A stretch of DNA of 64,000 nucleotides from a virus, in IMG/VR virus record IMGVR_UViG_3300020183_000001, positions 1 through 64,000 of that record, one strand, 5' to 3'. The position numbers were made by a program, and so were the translations under genes. The notes below the pieces were generated by a model that was given only the letters and a program-made list of their open reading frames with translations, was not told where the DNA came from and ran no database searches. Positions 53,795 to 62,000 of the stretch are shown here, in pieces. Every line of letters begins with the position of its first letter. Within the stretch, counting starts at the first letter, position 1.

Positions 53795-54592
53795 ATGTCC
53801 TACCTTTCGTCTAAAAAAATCTACCCCGGCAACTGGGCAGAGCCTCTCAACGGTTGGTACAAGAATATTGATACTGACTACAGTGGTGCTAACGACGGTT
53901 CGGAAGCAGGTCCTACTTCGGTTCTTGCTATCCCTGGCTATCGTTATTTCCAACAGCGTGGTTATGTTGCAGTGTCCAACACCTCTGGTGATGGTGCCAT
54001 TGCTTCTGGTAGCGTTATCGTTCCTTCGCCTTACCGCCAAGACGATACCCGTACTGATATCACCGGCATGGTGATCAGTGGTTCTTCCACCTATCCCATC
54101 TACGTGTACCGCACCGCAATGTCGGTTGCTTCCGGTTGGGGTGATGGTCGCGTTGCCTCCGGTATCTACACCGCTACTGGCCGTGTGATCTCGTTTGCTA
54201 CTGGCCTTGTTTCCAGCGCAGCTTCTGGTGAAGGTGTGGCCCAGGTCAACTTGGCCTCTACCGTGTCTGGTTCGCAAGAAGGTGAAATCTTCTTTGCTGC
54301 TGGTACCAATGCAGTTGCTGCTGTTCCCGTTCCCGTGGTTAGCGGTGCTGTTGGTATCACCGATGGCAACGTCTACAAGCCTCACACTGCAGCCGCTACT
54401 TATAGCGTCTTTACCCGTACTGCTTCTACCGTTACTTCTGGTACCGCCGCTGGTTGGTACATCTCTGCTGCTGATAAAGCTGCTGGTCGTACCGGTTACT
54501 TTGTTGTTGAAGTCTGCTACATCCAACCCGATGAAGCTCCTGGTTACAACGACATCGAAGCTTATCTGGTCAACCGCATCGTGAGTAACTGA
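53795..54592 (+). CDS. probable capsid decoration / abundant structural protein
   Basis: AAGGAG SD; capsid-like codon bias; Ser/Gly/Ala beta-rich. Confidence 0.7.
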   Translation: MSYLSSKKIYPGNWAEPLNGWYKNIDTDYSGANDGSEAGPTSVLAIPGYRYFQQRGYVAVSNTSGDGAIASGSVIVPSPYRQDDTRTDITGMVISGSSTYPIYVYRTAMSVASGWGDGRVASGIYTATGRVISFATGLVSSAASGEGVAQVNLASTVSGSQEGEIFFAAGTNAVAAVPVPVVSGAVGITDGNVYKPHTAAATYSVFTRTASTVTSGTAAGWYISAADKAAGRTGYFVVEVCYIQPDEAPGYNDIEAYLVNRIVSN

Positions 54593-54624
54593 GTTAAACT
54601 AGGACCAGGTATTTTCTTGGTCCT

Positions 54625-55056
54625 ATGTCAGTTGCCACAGAGTTACTCTTGCATCGTCATAAAAAAACAGGTGCACGGGTACGAATCATTAGTGAGTGGG
54701 ATGAAGGCGATTGGTTCATGGTCGAAGATCAGGACGGTCGCCTTTACACCGCTTACAAAACTGAACTTGAACCTGATGAGTCGGCAACTAAAAAAGTAAA
54801 GACTCTTCAAGTAAAAGACAAAGCAGCTAACGAGGAACCTCGTAATTTTCCACCCGATACGCGTCTTAATATTAATGGTGCTACTGCACAAATGATTGCA
54901 GACCATATCAAAGGAATTGGTTTGAAAACTGCCCGAGAAATCAAGGACCTTCAGTTGTCCCTGTCTGGTGAAAGATTCAGTAGTCTTGAGCAGCTACGCC
55001 AAATCAAACGAATTGATTGGGATGCAGTATTTGCCGCAGACCTGGTACGTGTATAA
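54625..55056 (+). CDS. ComEA-like helix-hairpin-helix DNA-binding protein
   Basis: LNINGATAQMI..IKGIGLKTAREI...FSSLEQL. Confidence 0.75.
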   Translation: MSVATELLLHRHKKTGARVRIISEWDEGDWFMVEDQDGRLYTAYKTELEPDESATKKVKTLQVKDKAANEEPRNFPPDTRLNINGATAQMIADHIKGIGLKTAREIKDLQLSLSGERFSSLEQLRQIKRIDWDAVFAADLVRV

Positions 55057-55075
55057 CTAACATCTCCAACTACAA

Positions 55076-55100
55076 GCCCCTGAGTAATCAGGGGTTTTTT
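55076..55100 (+). terminator. intrinsic terminator after the capsid operon
   Basis: GCCCCTGA-GTAA-TCAGGGGT plus T-run. Confidence 0.85.
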
Positions 55101-55126
55101 AGTTTTAAAATAAAAAGAAAAGTATA

Positions 55127-55867
55127 ATGTCATATTTAACAGAGCGATCTGGTTTTACCGCTCCAAAGGGAAAGGGTGGAGTAGGTGATGAATATCATAT
55201 TGATTTAAAACTTTTATCATCTTTGCCAATTGCTGAACGAGTAAAAATGTTTGACGCCTTGGCGCGTCAAAAACAAGCAATTGGTAGAGAGATTGAATTT
55301 TCTAATCCAGCAGTTTCAGGTCGCCGCTGGAATCTCAATGCAGAACTGGCTGAAAAAGTAGATTTATTAGAAAGAGCTGCGGGGGCACACAGTCACAGTC
55401 AACATCCTGACTGGCAGTCTTTTGATTATTACGTACCCTTTAAAGGAAAAAGTAGGTTTGATAAAGGGGCGGTAGAAGACGCTTCTATTTATATTCCTGC
55501 TGTTGCGGGTGGGAAAGTGCGCAGGGGATCTGGTGGTGGTTATGGTTATTTTTCTGAGTCCTTAGATCCCAGTGGAAAAGTTATTGCTCGTGTTGGTCAC
55601 GGTAATGTCGATCGACCCGAAGTGGGCGATGTAAATGTTTTAGGCGCTCCTCCGGAAGCCCCACAACTTCCTAGCACAAACACACCAGATCAAAATACAG
55701 ATAAACTTCTTGAACAGTTACTGGGTAAACAGCCCACAATAAAAGATATTCTTTTGTCGCGAGCATTAGGTCAAGCCTTGGAACGTAGACAAGAAATGTC
55801 AAATTTGTTTAACACACCTCAAGCTGGTTACATTTCTCCACAACAAGCAATGAAAATGTTTAGTTGA
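55127..55867 (+). CDS. virion-associated protein with M23-peptidase-like segment
   Basis: YHIDLK; FDY..PF; GGYGYF...ARVGHG. Confidence 0.5.
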   Translation: MSYLTERSGFTAPKGKGGVGDEYHIDLKLLSSLPIAERVKMFDALARQKQAIGREIEFSNPAVSGRRWNLNAELAEKVDLLERAAGAHSHSQHPDWQSFDYYVPFKGKSRFDKGAVEDASIYIPAVAGGKVRRGSGGGYGYFSESLDPSGKVIARVGHGNVDRPEVGDVNVLGAPPEAPQLPSTNTPDQNTDKLLEQLLGKQPTIKDILLSRALGQALERRQEMSNLFNTPQAGYISPQQAMKMFS

Positions 55868-55906
55868 TTGTTTGAATTTATAATGTTAAGTAAATGGGTG
55901 TAGTTT

Positions 55907-56368
55907 GTGAAACTCAGTGACTTTGATAAGAGTAGAGTCAGGTATCACCTAGGTTACTACGTGGTTTCTGTCCCAGCAGGCGACTACGCCCGTTTGGAAG
56001 AAGCTATGAACACGGTTCCTGATTCATACTTTTATAGTAAAATTATTATTCAGATCGATCGTTGTGATACGGCCGAAAAGAAAACTGAGGTTGCAACCAC
56101 GCCTTCAACAAGGGTTGAAAACATTGCTGGTGACGTGGATCGTACCATCCGATCTAGCAATGCCAAAGAAGCATTAAAGACCTGGGATGAGATTTATCTT
56201 TACGAGACAAATCGACTTGCCCACATTCTTTACGTTCCTAACTACAAAGATCCTTTCCAGGCTCGTTATCGTTACGAACGCTCAGGTGCTGAATTCATTC
56301 AGGCCATGCCTGGACCTGCTGACGTATCTGTTGGCTCTAACATTTTCTTAGCGGAGAATTACCGATGA
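55907..56368 (+). CDS. probable head-completion protein
   Basis: DKSRVRYHLGY N-terminal motif; post-capsid position. Confidence 0.55.
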   Translation: MKLSDFDKSRVRYHLGYYVVSVPAGDYARLEEAMNTVPDSYFYSKIIIQIDRCDTAEKKTEVATTPSTRVENIAGDVDRTIRSSNAKEALKTWDEIYLYETNRLAHILYVPNYKDPFQARYRYERSGAEFIQAMPGPADVSVGSNIFLAENYR

Positions 56369-57252
56369 TTGGACCTGCACTACAAGGAGCACAGTTTTTA
56401 TCACGAGCAGGGCAAATTGCTCCCTGGGCTTTAAACGTTGGACTTGCAAGCGCACAGTTCGCACCTCAAATTGTTAGTGGTTTAAACGCTTTTGGGGGAG
56501 TCTTCAGTCGCCCCGGAGCGCCCTACACTCCTGGCGGTGGAGGTATGGGAGGGCGCCGTGGGGCCACGAGAACACAAGTAAGTAACTTGGGTAAAAACTA
56601 TCGTGGTGAAGAGCTTGCCTTGTCTGCTGCCGCTAGGGCTGCCGCTGGTCCCAGTGCGGGAGGTGGTATTGGCGGAGGGAATATGGCAAGCTACGTTCCC
56701 CGCTCAACAACTTTTGCTTCTGTTGATACACCGAGCCAACGTGAAGAAAAAGTTGAACGCTCACGTATTGCTCAGTTGAGTGAACAAGATCCTCTGTTTA
56801 AAAAGTATCGTGTTGCTGAATTAACTAAAGCTTATAACACTGCTAGTCCAGAAGATAAAGAAAAGATTGGTCTTGAGATCTGGGCCACCACAAATCCACA
56901 GTTGGCACAAAAACTTAAACCAGGCCAACTTGGTTACACACAAGCTACCTCTGCCGTCATGTCCCAAAGTCCTCTGGGTCAATTCCAGGCACAGACTGGT
57001 GATATGCAGTATGCCAATAAAATGGATCAGGTACCAGGTGCAATGGCTGGATTCCAACCACAAACTCCGCTTACTGGTATCCCAACTCCAACAGTTCCTC
57101 AGTTTGGTGCTTCTGAAGTTTTTGCCAAAGCAACACCAATTCCTGGTGCCACCGAGATGTTTACAGATCCACGTAAGTTTTTAAGCCAGGAAGACCTTGA
57201 TCAGACTAAGCTTGCACTCCTTAAAAGAGCGTATGAAAGCCGCTTAAAATAA
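56365..57252 (+). CDS. hypothetical virion protein
   Basis: ATGA-coupled; low complexity. Confidence 0.7.
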   Translation: MIGPALQGAQFLSRAGQIAPWALNVGLASAQFAPQIVSGLNAFGGVFSRPGAPYTPGGGGMGGRRGATRTQVSNLGKNYRGEELALSAAARAAAGPSAGGGIGGGNMASYVPRSTTFASVDTPSQREEKVERSRIAQLSEQDPLFKKYRVAELTKAYNTASPEDKEKIGLEIWATTNPQLAQKLKPGQLGYTQATSAVMSQSPLGQFQAQTGDMQYANKMDQVPGAMAGFQPQTPLTGIPTPTVPQFGASEVFAKATPIPGATEMFTDPRKFLSQEDLDQTKLALLKRAYESRLK

Positions 57253-57274
57253 CCCTTTGATAAACTAGGGTTAC

Positions 57275-57347
57275 TTGGCACCACACCTGTGGGTAAGACC
57301 ACCAACTGGACACAAGACTTTTAGTCGCCGGGGGCCAGTGTAGTTGC
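57275..57347 (+). ncRNA. structured leader resembling family 2
   Basis: TGG-CAC-[CAC ACCT GTG]-GGTAAGA-CCA, then ACTGG/CCAGT and GACT/AGTC stems; TGaTAAACT at 57258. Confidence 0.45.
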
Positions 57348-57357
57348 ATTATTTCCA

Positions 57358-57474
57358 ATGATTCTCTGCCGTAATTTTGTCCGTCGACTTACTGCTAAAT
57401 TGAGTCTGATCGTAGCTCTACAGGCAGTATTTGTCCCCGGTCTTAAGGCAGAGTCAAATTGGGTAGGAGAATAA
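57358..57474 (+). CDS. 38-aa signal-peptide-like ORF
   Basis: MILCRNFVRRLTAKLSLIVALQAVFVPGLKA-ESNWVGE. Confidence 0.55.
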   Translation: MILCRNFVRRLTAKLSLIVALQAVFVPGLKAESNWVGE

Positions 57475-57487
57475 GGAAACAATTACA

Positions 57488-58183
57488 ATGGCACAACCAA
57501 AAGCCAAACTTCGCGTCGGTACTCTTCCCCAAGAAGAGCGTATGGCGATTATTGAAGGTGCTAGAAAATTAGGACTTGATCCTTACGAGTTTGGTGGGTT
57601 TCTTTCTTTAGAATCCGGTATGAATATGGATCCCAACATAGTTGGGGGAGCTGGAGGTCGCCATAGAGGTTTAATTCAATTTGGTCAAAATGAACAAAGA
57701 ATGTATGGTATTACGGGTCCGCAAACGCGAGTCGGGCAAATGCCTAAAGTTCTTCAATATTTTCAAGACCGTGGATATAAACCTGGCATGGGTATTGAAC
57801 GTGCTTACGCCACAGTATTAGGTGGAAATCCAAACGTATCTTTAAATGCTAAAGATTCTTTTGGTACATCAGTGGCAAGTGCTTCAAAAAGATTTAAAAA
57901 AGGTGGTGATCTTTATGCGAATGCGCAACGTGTTCTTGGAGATTTTACGCCGCCCGCTCCAGCACTTCCACCCGCTTCATCTACAGCAGCAGCAAGTCCT
58001 AGAGAACAAGGTAATAGCCTTGGTGCAAGTTTTTTGAATTTAATTAAAGGTTCAGGTTTAGGTACCATATTTCGTCCACAAAGTTCTCTCCCTGGTTACG
58101 ACGAAATTTTAAACACAATTCCTGATCCACAATCTTATCTTCAAGCTTTCGCAAACCGTTTAATGGAAGAGGAAGAGGTCTGA
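57488..58183 (+). CDS. lysozyme-fold (lytic transglycosylase-like) virion protein
   Basis: LSLESG...RGLIQF; YATVLGGNP. Confidence 0.75.
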   Translation: MAQPKAKLRVGTLPQEERMAIIEGARKLGLDPYEFGGFLSLESGMNMDPNIVGGAGGRHRGLIQFGQNEQRMYGITGPQTRVGQMPKVLQYFQDRGYKPGMGIERAYATVLGGNPNVSLNAKDSFGTSVASASKRFKKGGDLYANAQRVLGDFTPPAPALPPASSTAAASPREQGNSLGASFLNLIKGSGLGTIFRPQSSLPGYDEILNTIPDPQSYLQAFANRLMEEEEV

Positions 58184-58446
58184 TGGCTAGGTTTTCTGAA
58201 TACGTTGATAGCAACGATTATTTACCCGGAGACATCTATTCTGCCGGGTTAAGCGATTATCAACTTTATCCACAGTTGCGGACAGATTACGTCAATCGCA
58301 AACGCTGGAAATTTCAACCAAGAAAAGAAGATGAGGATGGAACATCATTTCAAACATTTTTAGCATTACAAAACAATCCAGAAGCTTTAATGCCGCGCTT
58401 ACCAGATACTCCGTTTGGTAATTTAAAATCCTTTATGGGCGGCTAA
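58183..58446 (+). CDS. hypothetical protein
   Basis: TGATG coupling. Confidence 0.65.
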   Translation: MARFSEYVDSNDYLPGDIYSAGLSDYQLYPQLRTDYVNRKRWKFQPRKEDEDGTSFQTFLALQNNPEALMPRLPDTPFGNLKSFMGG

Positions 58447-58483
58447 ATCGTTTATAATTGGAAATAAAAGTTTGAGTTGGTAA

Positions 58484-59266
58484 ATGAGCAGCACAAGTTC
58501 CAATAAACAACCCGTTTTCGTAGATCGTCCTCTTTACGATTCGGTTCGTGTAACTACTCAGGTTGCTGGTAGTGCAACTTCCAATACGCTTTTTGTGCAG
58601 GGTGGTCAAGTTCCGGCAATTCTTGTGGACATGGATGCCACACTTAGCGAAGATAATAACAGCGGTGGCATTGTTGATTCGGTAAAGATTGTTCGTAATG
58701 ATTTCTACCGTGATCCTGATTACACGGTAAGTGCTTCTACTTCTGGTACTGTTATTTCTTTTGTAAGTGGACAGATCGTTAATATTGCTGCTACAGGTGT
58801 ACTCACTGGTAGTGGCGCTGCAAGTGGGGTTGGTTATTACACTTACACTGGCGCGGCCACTCTTACAGGGGTAAACACAGCTCTCCACTATTCTGGTGGA
58901 CTGGTTAATGGCTTTACTTACAACGGGGTAAACTACGGTAATCAACCAGCAGTAACCTTCGTGTTTTACCACACCCGTGGTACGACACAACCCGTCCCGG
59001 CCTCTGGTGACTACAAAGTTGTGTTCGCCAAAACAATCCCTGGTAATGCACAAGAAGCTGACTGTTCTGATGTGATGCCAATCATTGCTACTCCAGCAAT
59101 GTCCGCAGGCAACACCACAGGGCTCGGGGAGACCGCTCCACTACGCAATAAGGGTGTGTACCTGGAACGAGGCGATAGGCTGTACGTAGGCGTCTTTCCG
59201 GACGGTCCCAACATCTCTGGTTACATCCCTGGTGCGCACGTTGTTGCACAAGGTGGTTTCTTCTAA
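58484..59266 (+). CDS. probable tail structural protein
   Basis: MSSTSSNKQPVFVDRP; beta-rich; GVYLERGDRLYVG. Confidence 0.65.
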   Translation: MSSTSSNKQPVFVDRPLYDSVRVTTQVAGSATSNTLFVQGGQVPAILVDMDATLSEDNNSGGIVDSVKIVRNDFYRDPDYTVSASTSGTVISFVSGQIVNIAATGVLTGSGAASGVGYYTYTGAATLTGVNTALHYSGGLVNGFTYNGVNYGNQPAVTFVFYHTRGTTQPVPASGDYKVVFAKTIPGNAQEADCSDVMPIIATPAMSAGNTTGLGETAPLRNKGVYLERGDRLYVGVFPDGPNISGYIPGAHVVAQGGFF

Positions 59267-59268
59267 AG

Positions 59269-60789
59269 ATGGCTAAAAAAATTGGAAGTAGCTTTGGTAA
59301 CTTCCAAGAGGTTAAATCTTTAACACCAAATAAAATAAAACCGATCACTACAGAGTTTTCTAGGGGCAGCGTCCCTGATTCAATCTACTCTGCAAACAGG
59401 GAATCGGCCTGGACCAGATGGAGAAAGGGTTACGAACTGGCAACATCTCTTACCTATAACGGTGAGTACACATTCCCTTTTTCTTACACAGTTCCCAACA
59501 CAACTACTTCTGGTAATCCATCAGTTACAATCTCTGGTGCATTTGTAGGTTTTCCTACAACCAATAAAGAGTTTGGTATGCATTGGGCCATTTGGCGTTA
59601 TGCGGGATCTTTTCGCACCGACTCTGTACAAGATCCAGTTAGCAGTCAGAAGCTGTTTGTTGAATCCGTCACAGAAGACGCTAGTTACTGGTATGTGAAG
59701 TTAGCTGGAACCTGGAGTCCATCTAATCCACTTCCTCCACCTTTTTACATCCCCGTAACGGGGCAACCCAATGGATTAAAACCTGCCAACACAGAGATCT
59801 TTGAGGATCGAATCGTTGTTGATGGTGGTCCGCTTATTGATAAAGAGACGATTAACCCTGCAAACCAAAGACGATATGGTTATGTCCAGGCAGTTGTTGT
59901 CAACATAAACCAAAACACAGGAGTACTGACATTTAAAAAAGCAGGTTCTGTGTATGTAACTCCTGATGCTGTATTTACCACACCATCACCACAAGGATTT
60001 GAAGTTGGTAGATACTTGGTAACAGGATCTAGATATTCATGTACTTGTCAAGATTTTACCCATCGCGATTATTCCTTTATTTCAAATGGTGGGAAAAATA
60101 ATCAACGTCAATTTCCTCGAAGTTCCAGAGCATCTGTTAAGCCTGGTCGATTTGAAGAAATTAAAACCAATGGGAGAATTGACAACAGAGCGATGACACG
60201 CCCTGATGTTAACAGGGTGCTTGAAACGTATGCTCCACAGGGTTTTGAGTTGGATTACACCGTAAATGAATCTACTACAGATACAAAAGCAACACGTGAT
60301 AATCCTGGAGTGTACAGAGATTTTGGGATGATTTATACACGAAGTACTAGTAACATTGCAACGGTTGGTTCACAGGCAGAGGGTATGCCTGGATACGGCG
60401 ACTACAGCTCTGCAGCATTCGAGACAGATGCAAGTGTTGTTCCACAAGATGTCATCTTGACGATTAGTGACAACTGGACGCCACTACTTGATGAGTTACG
60501 ATACTGCAAACATATTTATGCGCTTAGGTTTAAAGATCGTGTGTTTCCTCCAGAACCATCTGATTTCCCTGTGGGACCAGATAGCATGGCCAACTGGGAG
60601 CAACGGTTAGTTAAACAAACAGAAGAAGATTTGACAAAGGCACGCACATTGCAAGAGACCAAACGTGCATTGGCAGTCATGGATGTTCCGCCATATAACT
60701 GTCAATCACCAATGATTTATCCAATGGTGCAAAAAATATTTAACATTGCAACAGATAAGATCACAATCGATAACTTTACAATGCTTTAA
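59269..60789 (+). CDS. protein with a split SWIM-like Zn motif
   Basis: YSCTCQDF ... RYCKHIYA. Confidence 0.65.
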   Translation: MAKKIGSSFGNFQEVKSLTPNKIKPITTEFSRGSVPDSIYSANRESAWTRWRKGYELATSLTYNGEYTFPFSYTVPNTTTSGNPSVTISGAFVGFPTTNKEFGMHWAIWRYAGSFRTDSVQDPVSSQKLFVESVTEDASYWYVKLAGTWSPSNPLPPPFYIPVTGQPNGLKPANTEIFEDRIVVDGGPLIDKETINPANQRRYGYVQAVVVNINQNTGVLTFKKAGSVYVTPDAVFTTPSPQGFEVGRYLVTGSRYSCTCQDFTHRDYSFISNGGKNNQRQFPRSSRASVKPGRFEEIKTNGRIDNRAMTRPDVNRVLETYAPQGFELDYTVNESTTDTKATRDNPGVYRDFGMIYTRSTSNIATVGSQAEGMPGYGDYSSAAFETDASVVPQDVILTISDNWTPLLDELRYCKHIYALRFKDRVFPPEPSDFPVGPDSMANWEQRLVKQTEEDLTKARTLQETKRALAVMDVPPYNCQSPMIYPMVQKIFNIATDKITIDNFTML

Positions 60790-60908
60790 GAAAGGTTTGT
60801 ATAATGTATACTAATGTTGAGTCTATTAAGACTCAAAAAGATTTGTCCACCACGGCGTCCCTGGGCTAAGTAAGGTCTAAGGTTTGGTTAGCTCATACGC
60901 ACCAACCA

Positions 60909-61340
60909 ATGAAGCACCTACACCCTCCTCCGCCTGACCAGGCGATTGTTGACGACTATTTCAAACTTCTTCACAAGAAGTCTTTTGGACAAGCAGCCTG
61001 GTTTTATGGTATGCTTGCGACTTACGGCGTACACCCAAAAGAGCTAAAAGGATTTACCTGGAACGCTGACAACACAATTAATATCAACTCAAAGAAGAAA
61101 AAAGTTCGTCCTATGCATCCACAGTGGGTTCTCCTTTTCCAACTAAAAGAAAAGCAGCCCTCAAAACTTGAGAACTGCTTTAAAGAAATTCAAGACAAAC
61201 TCGAAGCTGGTATCAAGAACAAAGTAATTAATTTAAACTTGACGGATCTGATTCTTTCCTATCGAATCAGGAAGGATTTTTATCAGCCGAAGAAAGTGGA
61301 TCAGCAAATGCAATACCCTGTTTACGCAGTGCTTTCCTGA
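60909..61340 (+). CDS. truncated tyrosine-recombinase-like protein
   Basis: WFYGMLATYGVHPKEL resembles integrase box I (LATYGLRPxE); VRPMHPQWVLLFQL. Confidence 0.5.
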   Translation: MKHLHPPPPDQAIVDDYFKLLHKKSFGQAAWFYGMLATYGVHPKELKGFTWNADNTININSKKKKVRPMHPQWVLLFQLKEKQPSKLENCFKEIQDKLEAGIKNKVINLNLTDLILSYRIRKDFYQPKKVDQQMQYPVYAVLS

Positions 61341-61512
61341 CGCTGGTCACATTCCAACGATACGAATCACGCGAAAACGTATCCTTAAAAGCTGCAAAGT
61401 GAGGACCTAGTTTCATGGTGCCGTCATCTCGCATCTTAAACAGTTGTTTTTTGTCGAGCCCAAGAAGCTCGCACGCTTTGTTGGCTGTGACCCAGCCGGT
61501 AGAAGCAGTCAT
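61267..61512 (-). CDS. excisionase-like winged HTH protein
   Basis: WVTANKACELLGLDKKQLFKMR...GPHF...YRWNV. Confidence 0.6.
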   Translation of the reverse strand: MTASTGWVTANKACELLGLDKKQLFKMRDDGTMKLGPHFAAFKDTFSRDSYRWNVTSVRKALRKQGIAFADPLSSADKNPS

Positions 61513-61636
61513 AAGAACAGGAAGTGTTCATATATACACTACCCATAAACCAAGGTGCGTCAAGGATTTTTAGCAAATCTTAAGACTTTTGGCTCGGTTA
61601 AGCAACCTTAAAATAAGGTAACGGCAACTAAAGAGT

Positions 61637-61999
61637 ATGTTCAGTGACGAGAACGCACCACTCGCCCTACTGATCGAAGTAACTCCAAGGTTAGCAAAGA
61701 AACGATTTAAAGAAGATATCTACAAATCCTGGGACTACAAATGTGGTTATTGCGAAGATGTAGCAACAAGCCTGGATCACATTGTCCCAAGGTTCAAGTC
61801 AGGTTCTAGTAATAGGAACAATCTGATTCCTGCTTGTCGTCGCTGCAACAGCAATAAAGGCAGCACTGAAGTAGAAACCTGGTACAGACAACAAGAATTC
61901 TTTACTCAGGCTAGGATGGAAAGAATTAGTTCTTGGATGTCGCAAGAGATTATCGACATCTTTTCTTGTCATTTAGACGCATTGCAGGTGGCTGTTTGA
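61637..61999 (+). CDS. HNH endonuclease
   Basis: CGYC...LDHIVPRFKSG...NLIPACRRCNSNK. Confidence 0.9.
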   Translation: MFSDENAPLALLIEVTPRLAKKRFKEDIYKSWDYKCGYCEDVATSLDHIVPRFKSGSSNRNNLIPACRRCNSNKGSTEVETWYRQQEFFTQARMERISSWMSQEIIDIFSCHLDALQVAV

Positions 62000-62000
62000 G

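Noticed and set aside
53759-53795. Read-through fusion of capsid and downstream gene (same frame)
   Set aside because: TGA is followed by two further in-frame TAA stops, and the second gene has its own SD.
52985-54526. 513-aa antisense ORF across the capsid and decoration genes
   Set aside because: Shadow of strongly biased codons in two same-frame highly expressed genes; no protein-like motifs.
54625-55056. Photosystem II PsbU
   Set aside because: No signal peptide; the motif fits generic ComEA-type HhH better.
58433-59053. 206-aa antisense ORF
   Set aside because: Opposite a convincing structural gene; no independent support.
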